Assembly (NCBI GenBank): GCA_964010765.1
Contig: CAXGMD010000009.1
Location: forward strand, 1-62,729
Length of the DNA stretch: 62,729 nt
Reading direction: 5' to 3'
From: an uncultured bacterium
Lineage (GTDB): Bacteria > SAR324 > NAC60-12
The notes under the pieces: generated by a model
What the model was told of the DNA's origin: nothing
The model's input: the letters and a program-made list of their open reading frames with translations, nothing else
Databases searched by the model: none
Shown here: positions 48,554-57,975 of the stretch, in pieces
Layout of the letters: the number at the start of each line of letters is the position of its first letter
Position numbering within the stretch: the stretch's first letter is position 1
Program-made: the position numbers and the translations under genes

Positions 48554-50728
48554 TTGGCTGATCTCATTTACGAAATACTGGCACCAGGCATCTCATGGCT
48601 GGAAGTACCCAAAGTGGATTTACGTATCCTTTGTGGTTGTCCGGCTGATGCAGTGAAGCATCTAGCAAGCAAAGGAAAAATCCGTTTGGTTACAGAAAAC
48701 GGGGCTACCTTTGAAACTGGCCCAAATGCCATTTTGCTTGCGGATAATTTTCTGCAAAATGGCTTGCCGGCAAACATGGCAGAATTTCCGGTTCTGCAGA
48801 TGTTTTACAAACAAGGTCAAATCATTCCGAATCACCCAAACAACAAGGGTGAACGGCCAATACTAATTGGCAATGCCAACGCAGTTCAGTCTCAACTCCA
48901 ATACATTTATCGTGGAAACTATGGTCTGACGACTCCTGAAGAGTTGATCGATTGTGGCGTCAGTTTGGAGGATACTGCTGAGATGATGGCCATGAAGATG
49001 CAATTTGCCTTTGGTAGAATTCAACCACCGGATACTTTATTGGCCACATGTGTCGTCAAAGATACTGGTTGGCAAAGCCTAAAGGAAGATCTACTGGTTA
49101 GCCGTAAAGGCATGAATCAGTATCAATTCAAGATGGGTTCTGATTGCATTGATGTGGATTTGAGTCTCAAGGAGGGAGAAACCTATCCTCCTCCCTATAA
49201 ATTGCTAGATCAACTGCTACCAAGAGATAAATTCTCTGTATGGCATACAGGCGAAGGTGATGGTTGGGACTGTTTTCGTCCTTGTATGGCCAGTATTTTG
49301 GTGATTGATGGAGAACCCTATCTGGTCGATGCGGGCCCTAATGTACACTACACCCTTGAAGTTTTGGGGATTGACCTGAGTGAGGTCGCTGGAATTTTTC
49401 AAACCCATGCACATGATGATCACTTTGCGGGGTTGCCTTACCTGCTCCAGGGAGGACGCAAAATCAAATATCTCTCATCCACACTTGTAAGAAAATCTAC
49501 CTTCCAAAAGCTTTCAGATCTTATTTCCCTTCCTACTGAAGAAATCGAAAATTTTTTTGAAATCGTAGATCTAGAGTTTGATAACTGGACAAACGTGACC
49601 GAGTCAGTTCAGGTCCAACCACGTTTTTCTCCTCATCCTGTCGAAACTAACATCTTTTACTTTAGGTATCAGGAAGGCGGCGAAGCAAAGATTTTTGGAC
49701 ATTTGGCGGATATCGTTTCCAGCGCTGTCTTAGGTAGGATGAAAAATCCCGAAGCGAAGTATCACATCAGTGAAGACTTTTTTGATAAGACACTGCAAAG
49801 TTACCTTGAACAGAGCGATGTCAAAAAGATTGATGCTGGGGGAGGGATGATTCATGGCGAAGTGGTTGACTTTGCCAACGACCCTTCGGAAAAATTGATT
49901 TTAGCCCACTCTTCCCTGCCTTTTTCAGAAGATCAATTGACTTCAGCTTGTACCGCCGAATTTGGAACTTCTGATCTTAGGGTGCCTCTGGATTATGAAA
50001 AGTACTTCCAAGACAAAGCACTTCAGTGGTTACGACAACGTCTACCCGCTCTGAAGAAAGAGGAGTTGAAAGAACTTATCACCCAACAGACTGAAGAAAT
50101 TCCAAGGGGACAACAAATCCTTGCTCGTGCAAAGGAATCTGGACACATGCCTCTCCTTCTGACGGGGCGAGTTCAGCTAAATGGATTGCTCTACCCAGCA
50201 GGGACATTACTTGGGGAGGTTAACGCATTAGCTGATTTGCAAGTATCACGAGAAATGGTTTCCGTTGGCCCTGTTCGTATTCTGCCAATCTCCTTAGATT
50301 CATATCGGGAGTTGCTAAAGAGGCATAAACTTTTGAAGAAGAGAATTTCATGGCTCAAGGACTGTGACCATCTCAGAACTTTCCCGATGCTTCAGTATGG
50401 TCTCAGTGATGATCAACTTATCTCGCTTCTCAAAAAGTCTGAACGAATCAGTCTGAAAAAAAATCAGCCAGTTTTGCTTCCGGAAAACACTTTGGGTATC
50501 TTGGAAGTTGGTGAAGTTCAATTCTTGGTGGGCAACAAAAATCTGAAAGTTACTGAGAAAACAGTGCTTGGACTATCAAACAAATTGGGTAAGCCCTTCT
50601 CTTGGAAGGAACAAACCGTAAAGAAAACCCAAGTGTTGTGTCTTCCCGCAGAAAATTTGTTGCAAGCACCTGGCGTGCGATGGTTCCTTCAAAGGGCTTA
50701 CCAAGACTATCATTTTCAGTTGAGTTGA
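48554..50728 (+). CDS. Metallo-beta-lactamase-fold hydrolase with C-terminal cyclic-nucleotide-binding-like domains
   Basis: LVDAGP, THAHDDH metal motif, SPHPVET, LADI, KKIDAGGGMIHG, ILAHS; C-terminal LLLTGRV...AGTLLGE cNMP-like fold plus a second degenerate copy; TTG start. Confidence 0.8.
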   Translation: MADLIYEILAPGISWLEVPKVDLRILCGCPADAVKHLASKGKIRLVTENGATFETGPNAILLADNFLQNGLPANMAEFPVLQMFYKQGQIIPNHPNNKGERPILIGNANAVQSQLQYIYRGNYGLTTPEELIDCGVSLEDTAEMMAMKMQFAFGRIQPPDTLLATCVVKDTGWQSLKEDLLVSRKGMNQYQFKMGSDCIDVDLSLKEGETYPPPYKLLDQLLPRDKFSVWHTGEGDGWDCFRPCMASILVIDGEPYLVDAGPNVHYTLEVLGIDLSEVAGIFQTHAHDDHFAGLPYLLQGGRKIKYLSSTLVRKSTFQKLSDLISLPTEEIENFFEIVDLEFDNWTNVTESVQVQPRFSPHPVETNIFYFRYQEGGEAKIFGHLADIVSSAVLGRMKNPEAKYHISEDFFDKTLQSYLEQSDVKKIDAGGGMIHGEVVDFANDPSEKLILAHSSLPFSEDQLTSACTAEFGTSDLRVPLDYEKYFQDKALQWLRQRLPALKKEELKELITQQTEEIPRGQQILARAKESGHMPLLLTGRVQLNGLLYPAGTLLGEVNALADLQVSREMVSVGPVRILPISLDSYRELLKRHKLLKKRISWLKDCDHLRTFPMLQYGLSDDQLISLLKKSERISLKKNQPVLLPENTLGILEVGEVQFLVGNKNLKVTEKTVLGLSNKLGKPFSWKEQTVKKTQVLCLPAENLLQAPGVRWFLQRAYQDYHFQLS

Positions 50729-51684
50729 TGACTGACCTCCTACCTGTTAATCTGCCCCAAAATCTTCCTCGGAGCTTACCAGCTCAGAGAGCATTGGAAT
50801 TGGTTTTTGGCAATTATGCCCTGAATACTCGGCGGGCTTATGAGCGTTCTCTAAAAGACTTTCAGAAATGGGCCGGTCTACACTCAGCTCAAGATTTGGA
50901 AAGCCTCGATAGCCTCAGAATGCTAGAATACAAGGAGTTTCTCAGGTTGAGCGGAAAAAAATCCTCAAGCATCAACCAAGCGATGAGCGCTCTAAAGAAG
51001 ATTTGTCGTGTCCTTACAGAGTGTGGATATCTTCAACAAAACCCATTCAAGTCGTCGCTGATCCGCAATGAGAAGGTCTCTCAACTGAGCAATAAGGGAG
51101 CTCTGCGAGTTAATCAGCTTCAGCAAATGCTTGATGCTAATGAAAACATAGCCTACGACGAGCGAGTGGAGACTTTACTGCGTCACAGGAATAAGGTGTT
51201 GTTGAAATTTCTATATTTCACTGCAGCACGAAGAAGTGAAGCCTCTCTACTAAACTGGGAAAATATCCGCCAGGATGGTCGTTTTTGGATAGCTATTCTT
51301 GAGGAAACAAAGAGTGGTGTCCCACAAAAACTAAAAATCAGAGAAGAGCTTTATCAAGAATTGATTGCCTGGAGAGGTGCTTTACAGTTAGCTGGATTGA
51401 ATACACCTTGGGTATTTCCCTCCTTGGGGCAGCGTAGCATGGGCAACCAAATGACTGGTAAGGCAATAAACGAAGCTGTACGACGCCTCGGACATGCGAT
51501 AGGCATAAAGATTTCCACACACTATCTACGACATACCGCTATCACACTTGCACTTGAACTGGGAGAGCCACTCCAGAAGGTTCAAGCATACGCTCGGCAC
51601 GCCTCTGCAAATACAACTGTTCGTTACTTTCACGATCAGCAACTACTCGAAAAAAATCCTACCGATACCCTTCCAGCTCTTTAG
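50728..51684 (+). CDS. Tyrosine recombinase/integrase (XerC/D-like)
   Basis: N-terminal NTRRAYERSLKDF core-binding domain; catalytic R (TAARRSE), K (ETKSG), HxxR (HYLRHT), H and Y (ARHASANTTVRY); start ATG 50728 overlaps the upstream TGA. Confidence 0.9.
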   Translation: MTDLLPVNLPQNLPRSLPAQRALELVFGNYALNTRRAYERSLKDFQKWAGLHSAQDLESLDSLRMLEYKEFLRLSGKKSSSINQAMSALKKICRVLTECGYLQQNPFKSSLIRNEKVSQLSNKGALRVNQLQQMLDANENIAYDERVETLLRHRNKVLLKFLYFTAARRSEASLLNWENIRQDGRFWIAILEETKSGVPQKLKIREELYQELIAWRGALQLAGLNTPWVFPSLGQRSMGNQMTGKAINEAVRRLGHAIGIKISTHYLRHTAITLALELGEPLQKVQAYARHASANTTVRYFHDQQLLEKNPTDTLPAL

Positions 51685-51690
51685 AGAAAG

Positions 51691-51716
51691 CATCCTGAGG
51701 AAATCAAATCAGGATG
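51691..51716. repeat. Inverted repeat just after the recombinase stop
   Basis: CATCCTGA-GGAAATCAAA-TCAGGATG. Confidence 0.6.
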
Positions 51717-51876
51717 GTTCTCCAAAAATTTTTTTCGAAAATTAATAATCAAATTTAGAAACTTAAGGAGTTGCTTAAAGTTATGGTGACAGTAATTCCT
51801 TGGAGTGCATGCTCTTTGCAGCTGGCCCATATAAGTAATGAGGATCACATGGAGTAACCTCCTTCAATGGAATTGA

Positions 51877-52725
51877 ATGAACCCCACGTTTAGTCCGTAT
51901 GCAGAGCTTGGTGTCAGACCTGATGTCACCCTTCAGGAACTGAAACAAGCCTACCGACAAGCTGTCTTGCGTTACCACCCAGATTCAGCGGTTGGAGCAG
52001 CGAACTCTCTTAAGTTTCATGCAGTCACCGAAGCTTACAAAGAACTTCGTGCAATCGTAGATCAGTCTCCCCGGGAGAAAGGGTCTGAACATCTGCATCC
52101 GACATCAAGAAAGAAAAATCAGTTGTTGGATGGAGAACATCTGATTGATCATAAAACTCTTGAATTGGATGTGCTAGCTCTCCAACAATTGCTTTGCGAA
52201 TCAGATAATTCTCATGTTCGAAAAGTGGCAGCGATCGCTCTTTTTTTAAAGAAAGAGGCATCACTTACCAGAGAATTGTTGACCATTGCAAAACAGCCAG
52301 CCATGCCTAGTATTCGCAAAGCAATTCTTTCAGCAATGCATATTGGCCCACGTAAAAAAGTTGTTCCAATCCTTTTATCAGTTGCTTGTGAGTGCGACTT
52401 GGAAATTGCAGTTATAGCAATACAACAACTTGAGAAAATTGATGCATCATTACGTGGTAAAATTTTGTTTAAATTGCGAATGGCACACTTGAGTCTCTGG
52501 GAGAGAACCAAGAGGGTTTTTGATCCAGATCTATTGCTGATCACTCAATATTCACAATTGGGTGACCAACTTTGCCAGAGAGGGCTTCTGAGCCAGGAAC
52601 AATTGCAAATAGCACTAGTTTTACAGAAGAAGTTTCCCCTGTTATTAGGCCAGATTCTGAGGCAGTTGAACTATGTTCAACCCCATGAACTTCGCTCCGT
52701 TCTGGGCAGTCCATCCCAAAGCTAA
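51877..52725 (+). CDS. J-domain protein with HEAT-like repeats and a C-terminal MshEN-like motif
   Basis: PYAELGV...LKQAYRQAVLRYHPD...FHAVTEAY (J domain); HVRKVAAIAL and SIRKAILSAM (HEAT-like); QLGDQLCQRGLLSQEQLQIALVLQ...LLGQILRQLNYV. Confidence 0.8.
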   Translation: MNPTFSPYAELGVRPDVTLQELKQAYRQAVLRYHPDSAVGAANSLKFHAVTEAYKELRAIVDQSPREKGSEHLHPTSRKKNQLLDGEHLIDHKTLELDVLALQQLLCESDNSHVRKVAAIALFLKKEASLTRELLTIAKQPAMPSIRKAILSAMHIGPRKKVVPILLSVACECDLEIAVIAIQQLEKIDASLRGKILFKLRMAHLSLWERTKRVFDPDLLLITQYSQLGDQLCQRGLLSQEQLQIALVLQKKFPLLLGQILRQLNYVQPHELRSVLGSPSQS

Positions 52726-52843
52726 CACTCCTTCACTCTATCTGCGTCCAGTTAAGGTTCACTTGGCTGGATCTTCCTGAAAAATCCTGATAATTTTCGA
52801 AATCTTTAATTTTTTTTGTAGAAATCCCAATTAGGCTACAACT

Positions 52844-54757
52844 ATGTCTGCTTTGCAGAGCGCAGAAGTCATTGTGATTGGTGGTGGGCATGCAGGCTGT
52901 GAGGCCTCACTGGCTTCGGCAAGGCTTGGCTGCAAGACGATCCTGTTGACCATCGATCCTGAAAAGATTGCCCAAATGTCTTGTAATCCAGCTATTGGCG
53001 GAATTGGGAAAGGACATCTGGTCAAGGAAATTGACGCCCTTGGTGGTGAGATGGGAAAAGTTGCAGACCAGTCAGGCATTCAGTTCAGAGTCTTGAATGG
53101 CTCAAGAGGCCCAGCAACTCGTGGAACTCGTTGTCAGTCAGAAATGTACGAGTACAAAAGTTTGATGCAGATGATTCTGAAGAAAGAGCCCAATCTTTGG
53201 ATCGTCAAGGGAATGGTAGAGGAACTCATCATTGAGAATCACATCCTTCAGGGGGTTCGTACGAATGTTGGAGAATTTCTGGCAGGTTCTGTTGTCATCA
53301 CCACAGGAACTTTCCTGAATGGTCTGATCCATCGAGGCGAAAACAGGATCAAGGCGGGTAGAATCAATGAACCACCTTCGGTGCAACTCTCTTTAGCGTT
53401 AGCAGATTGTCACCTTGAATTGGGTCGCCTGAAGACAGGTACACCAGCTCGTTTGGACAAAAGGACCATCAACTGGGATGGTATTCCTGAGCAGCTGGGA
53501 GATGATCCAATCCGAAAGTTCTCTTTTTGGGGAACAGAAACACCCTTACCCCAAGTGCCTTGCCACATTGTTTATACCAACGAAGCAACCCATAAAATTA
53601 TTAGCAAGAATCTTCATCTCTCTGCCCTCTACGGGGGAGCGATTAAGGGAATTGGACCAAGATATTGTCCGTCAATTGAAGATAAGATTGTCAAGTTTGC
53701 TAAGAAAGACAGACATCAAGTCTTTCTTGAACCTACTGGAATTGGGTCTGATAATTTTGAGATTTATCCAAATGGTCTCTCCACAAGCCTACCTGAAGAG
53801 GTACAGCAGGCATTTTATCGTACAATCCCTGGGCTTGAAAACGTGGAGATGCTACAGGCAGGCTATGCGATTGAATATGATTTTGTGCAGCCCACAGAAC
53901 TTAGATCAACCCTCGAACTGAAGAAAGTACCAGGTCTTTTTCTAGCTGGTCAAATCAATGGAACTACTGGCTATGAGGAGGCAGCAGCACAAGGCCTTTT
54001 GGCTGGGGTGAATGCCGCACTGAAAGTCCAGAGTAGGGAGCCTTTCGTACCGCAAAGAGATGAAGCCTACATGGGAGTTTTGATTGATGATTTAATCACT
54101 AAAGGTGTCACGGAGCCCTACAGGATGTTTACCTCAAGAGCAGAGCATCGGCTCCACTTAAGAGAGGATAATGCAGATCTTCGGCTCTGTGAGAAAGGGT
54201 ATCAACTAGGATTATTAGATGATGAGTGCTATAAGCAATTCCTCAATAAACTACGTAAAATCTTTGCTCTCAAGAAATCTTTAGAACAGATAAAAATTAC
54301 TCCGGTTAAGGAAACCCAAGAGGCACTGAAACAGATGAATCAGGCTCAGTTAAAACAAGCGAGTAGTTTAGCGGAACTAATACGTCGACCAGGCCAGGGT
54401 ATTCAAGTGCTCTCAGAGCAAGCATTCAGCATGAGTAAGGTTGACTGGGAGGAATTCCCTGAGGATGTTCGTGAACAGGTTGAAATCCAGATCAAGTATG
54501 AAGGTTACTTGAAGCGCCAAGAACAGGAACTTCGACAAATGCGAGAAATGGATCGCATTCAGATCCCAGATGAATTGGATATGAAAAATATTCCTGGCCT
54601 CTCCAGAGAAGTTCAAGAACTTTTGATCAAGCATCAACCGGCCACTCTGGGGCACGCAAGCCGTATAAGTGGGGTCACGCCTGCAGCCCTGACGGTGATC
54701 CGAGTTTATCTCAAGACCCACTTTACCAAAGACTCTTCACTCCAATGTGTAAGTTGA
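52844..54757 (+). CDS. mnmG: tRNA uridine-5-carboxymethylaminomethyl(34) synthesis enzyme MnmG (GidA)
   Basis: [70 protein letters not shown]. Confidence 0.98.
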   Translation: MSALQSAEVIVIGGGHAGCEASLASARLGCKTILLTIDPEKIAQMSCNPAIGGIGKGHLVKEIDALGGEMGKVADQSGIQFRVLNGSRGPATRGTRCQSEMYEYKSLMQMILKKEPNLWIVKGMVEELIIENHILQGVRTNVGEFLAGSVVITTGTFLNGLIHRGENRIKAGRINEPPSVQLSLALADCHLELGRLKTGTPARLDKRTINWDGIPEQLGDDPIRKFSFWGTETPLPQVPCHIVYTNEATHKIISKNLHLSALYGGAIKGIGPRYCPSIEDKIVKFAKKDRHQVFLEPTGIGSDNFEIYPNGLSTSLPEEVQQAFYRTIPGLENVEMLQAGYAIEYDFVQPTELRSTLELKKVPGLFLAGQINGTTGYEEAAAQGLLAGVNAALKVQSREPFVPQRDEAYMGVLIDDLITKGVTEPYRMFTSRAEHRLHLREDNADLRLCEKGYQLGLLDDECYKQFLNKLRKIFALKKSLEQIKITPVKETQEALKQMNQAQLKQASSLAELIRRPGQGIQVLSEQAFSMSKVDWEEFPEDVREQVEIQIKYEGYLKRQEQELRQMREMDRIQIPDELDMKNIPGLSREVQELLIKHQPATLGHASRISGVTPAALTVIRVYLKTHFTKDSSLQCVS

Positions 54758-54769
54758 CGGCTGCTTAGG

Positions 54770-55642
54770 ATGAGAAGCAGAAAAAAAGTCTCAACGGTTC
54801 CTATCACACCCTGGCGTGCAAGCCTCCATAACTTGATTTTTGAAGCTGAGACTAGGGCTGGAAAGATCTTTGATATCATTCTGATGATCCTGATCGCGCT
54901 AAGCGTGACCACAGTCATGTTGGACAGTGTTGCAACTGTCCGTAGCGAGTATGGTGAAACTTTACACTATTTCGAGTGGTTTTTCACGATAGTCTTTGCG
55001 ATTGAATATGTCCTTCGTCTCGTTGCTACGCTACGCCCTTGGCGCTATGCACTCAGTTTTTTTGGCCTCACGGATCTTCTCGCTGTCCTCCCAGGCTTAA
55101 TCAGTATTTTGTTCCCGGGTTTCCAATATCTGCTGGTCATTCGAGTGTTCAGAATCATTCGAATTTTGCGTATTTTCGAGTTTCTGGACTACCTGCGCGA
55201 ATGGACAATGTTGTTGAAGGCGTTGCAAGCTAGCCAGGCTCGGATCATGGCTTTTCTATTTTCCATCCTGATTGCTGTGACTTTTCTCGGTGCCCTGATG
55301 TATGTTGTAGAGGGAGAGGAAGCTGGCTTTACGAGTATTCCACGCAGTATCTACTGGGCGATTGTGACTCTCTCAACTGTGGGCTACGGTGATATAGCTC
55401 CCCAGACAGGATTTGGACAATTCGTCGCCGCAATCGTGATGATTTTGAGCTATAGCATGTTGGCTGTGCCCACAGGGATCGTTACGGTACAATTATCGGC
55501 CATGCAGCGTAGGCAAGACCAAAAGTTGACAAGGTCCTGCCACTCTTGTGGTCAGGATGGACATGATATGGATGCTGATTTCTGCAAGTATTGCGGAGAA
55601 AGTTTGGAAGTAAAAGTAGTAGGGGATCTAGCAAAAACCTAG
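54770..55642 (+). CDS. Voltage-gated-type potassium channel (ion transporter) with C-terminal zinc ribbon
   Basis: Six TM; S4-like IRVFRIIRILRIF; pore WAIVTLSTVGYGD; CHSC...CKYCG tail. Confidence 0.92.
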   Translation: MRSRKKVSTVPITPWRASLHNLIFEAETRAGKIFDIILMILIALSVTTVMLDSVATVRSEYGETLHYFEWFFTIVFAIEYVLRLVATLRPWRYALSFFGLTDLLAVLPGLISILFPGFQYLLVIRVFRIIRILRIFEFLDYLREWTMLLKALQASQARIMAFLFSILIAVTFLGALMYVVEGEEAGFTSIPRSIYWAIVTLSTVGYGDIAPQTGFGQFVAAIVMILSYSMLAVPTGIVTVQLSAMQRRQDQKLTRSCHSCGQDGHDMDADFCKYCGESLEVKVVGDLAKT

Positions 55643-55669
55643 AAACAGAAAAAGAATTCCGGCTTTTGC

Positions 55670-55698
55670 TTGACTGCCTGATAGCAGATCTGGAAAAT
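55670..55698 (+). promoter_or_regulatory. Candidate sigma70 promoter for hflC-folC
   Basis: TTGACT, 17-nt spacer, GAAAAT; about 55 nt upstream of the hflC start. Confidence 0.35.
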
Positions 55699-55752
55699 AG
55701 TTATCAAGAAATTTAATTTTCAACCTACTATCAAACAGCAAAGAGATTCGAT

Positions 55753-56640
55753 ATGAGATCATTTTCAACTAATTTACTCCTCATTGCCGGTGCCGTCGTT
55801 GTTGGTATTGTTTATTTATCAACCTTTATTGTAGATCGTACGCAATATGCGGTGGAAATTCGTTTAGGAGACCCGGTATCTGTGCACATGGAGCCCGGGT
55901 TGAAGTTCAAAATGCCTTTTATAACAAAGGTTTTTTACGTGGATAACCGACTGTTAACAAACGATTCCGATCCAGGATCAGTGTTCACCGAAGATAAAAA
56001 AGAAATGATCGTGGATGCGTACTCAAAATGGAAAGTTTCAGATCCATTAAAATTTTACGAAACTGTTCGCAGTCTAGCTGGTGCTCAATCAAGATTAGAC
56101 GATATCATCTACTCTCAAACCAGAGAGATATTAGGTAAACATACCCTTGTGGAAATTGTGTCTGGTAATCGAAGGGATATCCGAGAGACAATCACTGTTA
56201 ATTCTCGCGAGGCTGCTGAAAGTTTTGGGATCGAGGTCGCAGATGTGAGAATAAAACGAGCAGACCTACCGGAAGCCAATAGTCTGGCGGTTTATGGCCG
56301 GATGGAGGCTGAGCGAAGAAGAACGGCAAAATTGTATCGCTCAGAAGGCGAAGAGCGTTCTTTGGAAATTCGCTCGGCAGCCGATCGAGATAGAATAAAG
56401 ATTCTTGCTGAAGCAAATAAGATTGCCGAGGAACTGAAGGGCACAGCCGATGCGTCTGCAACTGAGATCTACGCTAGTGCTTATCAATTAGACTCTGAAT
56501 TTTTTGAGTTTCAACGATCTCATGATGCTTACCGTCATTCTCTGCGTGAGGACACAACTTTGTTACTCAGTTCTGATCAGCCATTTTTCAGATTTCTAAA
56601 GGAAGAAGAACCTCAAACTAGTCGAAAACAAATCGAGTGA
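55753..56640 (+). CDS. hflC: FtsH protease modulator HflC (SPFH family)
   Basis: N-terminal TM, EPGLKFKMPF, TEDKKEMIVDAY, FGIEVADVRIKRADLP, VYGRMEAER, YRSEGEE, EFFEFQRS. Confidence 0.92.
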   Translation: MRSFSTNLLLIAGAVVVGIVYLSTFIVDRTQYAVEIRLGDPVSVHMEPGLKFKMPFITKVFYVDNRLLTNDSDPGSVFTEDKKEMIVDAYSKWKVSDPLKFYETVRSLAGAQSRLDDIIYSQTREILGKHTLVEIVSGNRRDIRETITVNSREAAESFGIEVADVRIKRADLPEANSLAVYGRMEAERRRTAKLYRSEGEERSLEIRSAADRDRIKILAEANKIAEELKGTADASATEIYASAYQLDSEFFEFQRSHDAYRHSLREDTTLLLSSDQPFFRFLKEEEPQTSRKQIE

Positions 56641-56646
56641 TCAAGG

Positions 56647-57969
56647 TTGCTCACCCGCTACAATAAAATCCTCCAGCAATTGGAGGACGAAGCCAACTAC
56701 GAACGCTCTGCCCGGCCTAGAGATCTTACAAAGCTAGAGGGCGTTCGCTTCCTGCTGAACCTACTCGGCAATCCTGAAAATTCCCCCAATATTGTCCACA
56801 TCGCAGGCACTAACGGCAAGGGCTCTACCGCATTCATTCTTGCCGCTCTCCTGAAACAAGATGGTTTCAAGACGGGTTGCTACACCTCCCCCCACTTGGT
56901 AGATCTCAGAGAGCGAATCCAAATCAATGGGCAGTGTGTTGGCATGCAACAGTTTGTGGAAGTTGCAGAGCGGACTTTAGAAATCTCCAGAAATCCTCAG
57001 TCTCCTCAGATTTCTTTCTTCGATCTGGTCACGGCTATTGCCCTTGAAGTATTTGCAAGAGCTCAATGTGATTGGGTAGTTTTAGAAACAGGATTGGGAG
57101 GTCGTGCGGACTCGACCAATGTAACTCCAAAGAAACTCGCAATTCTTACCAGAATTGGTTTGGATCACCAAAATATTCTTGGCAATAGCATCCTTGAGAT
57201 CGCATCTGAGAAACTCGGCATTGCGCGTAAAAATGTGCCACTTTTGGTGTCCCCGCAAACGCAGGTTGTGAAGGAATGGCTTGAGCAGCAAACTCGTATG
57301 CATGAAATACCCACCCACTGGATTGATGAAAAGAATTGTCAACTGACTAACCAAGTTGAAAAACGACTAGCGGCACACATAGATGCAAAAATCTCAGATG
57401 TTTCCAGAGAACTAGCACTAACCGCTCTAGAAATTTTGCTACCTGCCAAGTCGCGAAAACAGAGACAAAAACGATTAGAATTAGCTTCAGAATTACCTCT
57501 GCTTGGTCGCAAAAGCCGCCATTTTAATATCAAACTGCAAAATGAAAGTTCAGGACATGTTTTTTCAGAATTGATTTTGGATGGGGCACATAACGTTGAC
57601 GCCATTAATTCATTAATCACAACGCTCTCAGAGTGGCAAATTTCCTGCTACGGACTTCTGATTGGGATGGCAAAAGACAAGATGACTGCTGAAACTCGTG
57701 ATTCTCTTCAGAAACTTGCTCAACATGCTCAACAGGTTGGATTGGTCCAATACAATTCGACGAGAGCTGCAGAGCCTGTTGAAATTCTTCGCTATCTTGA
57801 ACTGCCTAGAAACTCTTCCAAATTGCTGAATGGTAGCCAGAATGCCTTGCGATGGGCCTCAGATACTAAGATGATGCCTTGGATTATAACTGGCTCTTTT
57901 CATTTGTTAGGCGAGGTGCTGCCCCACCTCTCTTTGGACCCTTGCACGAAAAACCTGCAAAACGGATAA
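56647..57969 (+). CDS. folC: Folylpolyglutamate synthase/dihydrofolate synthase
   Basis: HIAGTNGKGST, YTSPHL, ETGLGGR.DSTN, IGLDH, LDGAHN, ITGSFHL. Confidence 0.92.
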   Translation: MLTRYNKILQQLEDEANYERSARPRDLTKLEGVRFLLNLLGNPENSPNIVHIAGTNGKGSTAFILAALLKQDGFKTGCYTSPHLVDLRERIQINGQCVGMQQFVEVAERTLEISRNPQSPQISFFDLVTAIALEVFARAQCDWVVLETGLGGRADSTNVTPKKLAILTRIGLDHQNILGNSILEIASEKLGIARKNVPLLVSPQTQVVKEWLEQQTRMHEIPTHWIDEKNCQLTNQVEKRLAAHIDAKISDVSRELALTALEILLPAKSRKQRQKRLELASELPLLGRKSRHFNIKLQNESSGHVFSELILDGAHNVDAINSLITTLSEWQISCYGLLIGMAKDKMTAETRDSLQKLAQHAQQVGLVQYNSTRAAEPVEILRYLELPRNSSKLLNGSQNALRWASDTKMMPWIITGSFHLLGEVLPHLSLDPCTKNLQNG

Positions 57970-57975
57970 GCTGTT

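Noticed and set aside
51685..51876. Canonical dif site or att site for the recombinase
   Set aside because: No match to the GGTGCGCATAA-N6-TTATGTTAAAT consensus, no tRNA and no flanking direct repeat; only weak inverted repeats, which are reported as speculative
51685..52843. Possible oriC near mnmG/gyrA
   Set aside because: No TTATCCACA-type DnaA box clusters seen in these intergenic regions, and no dnaA, dnaN or parAB in the window
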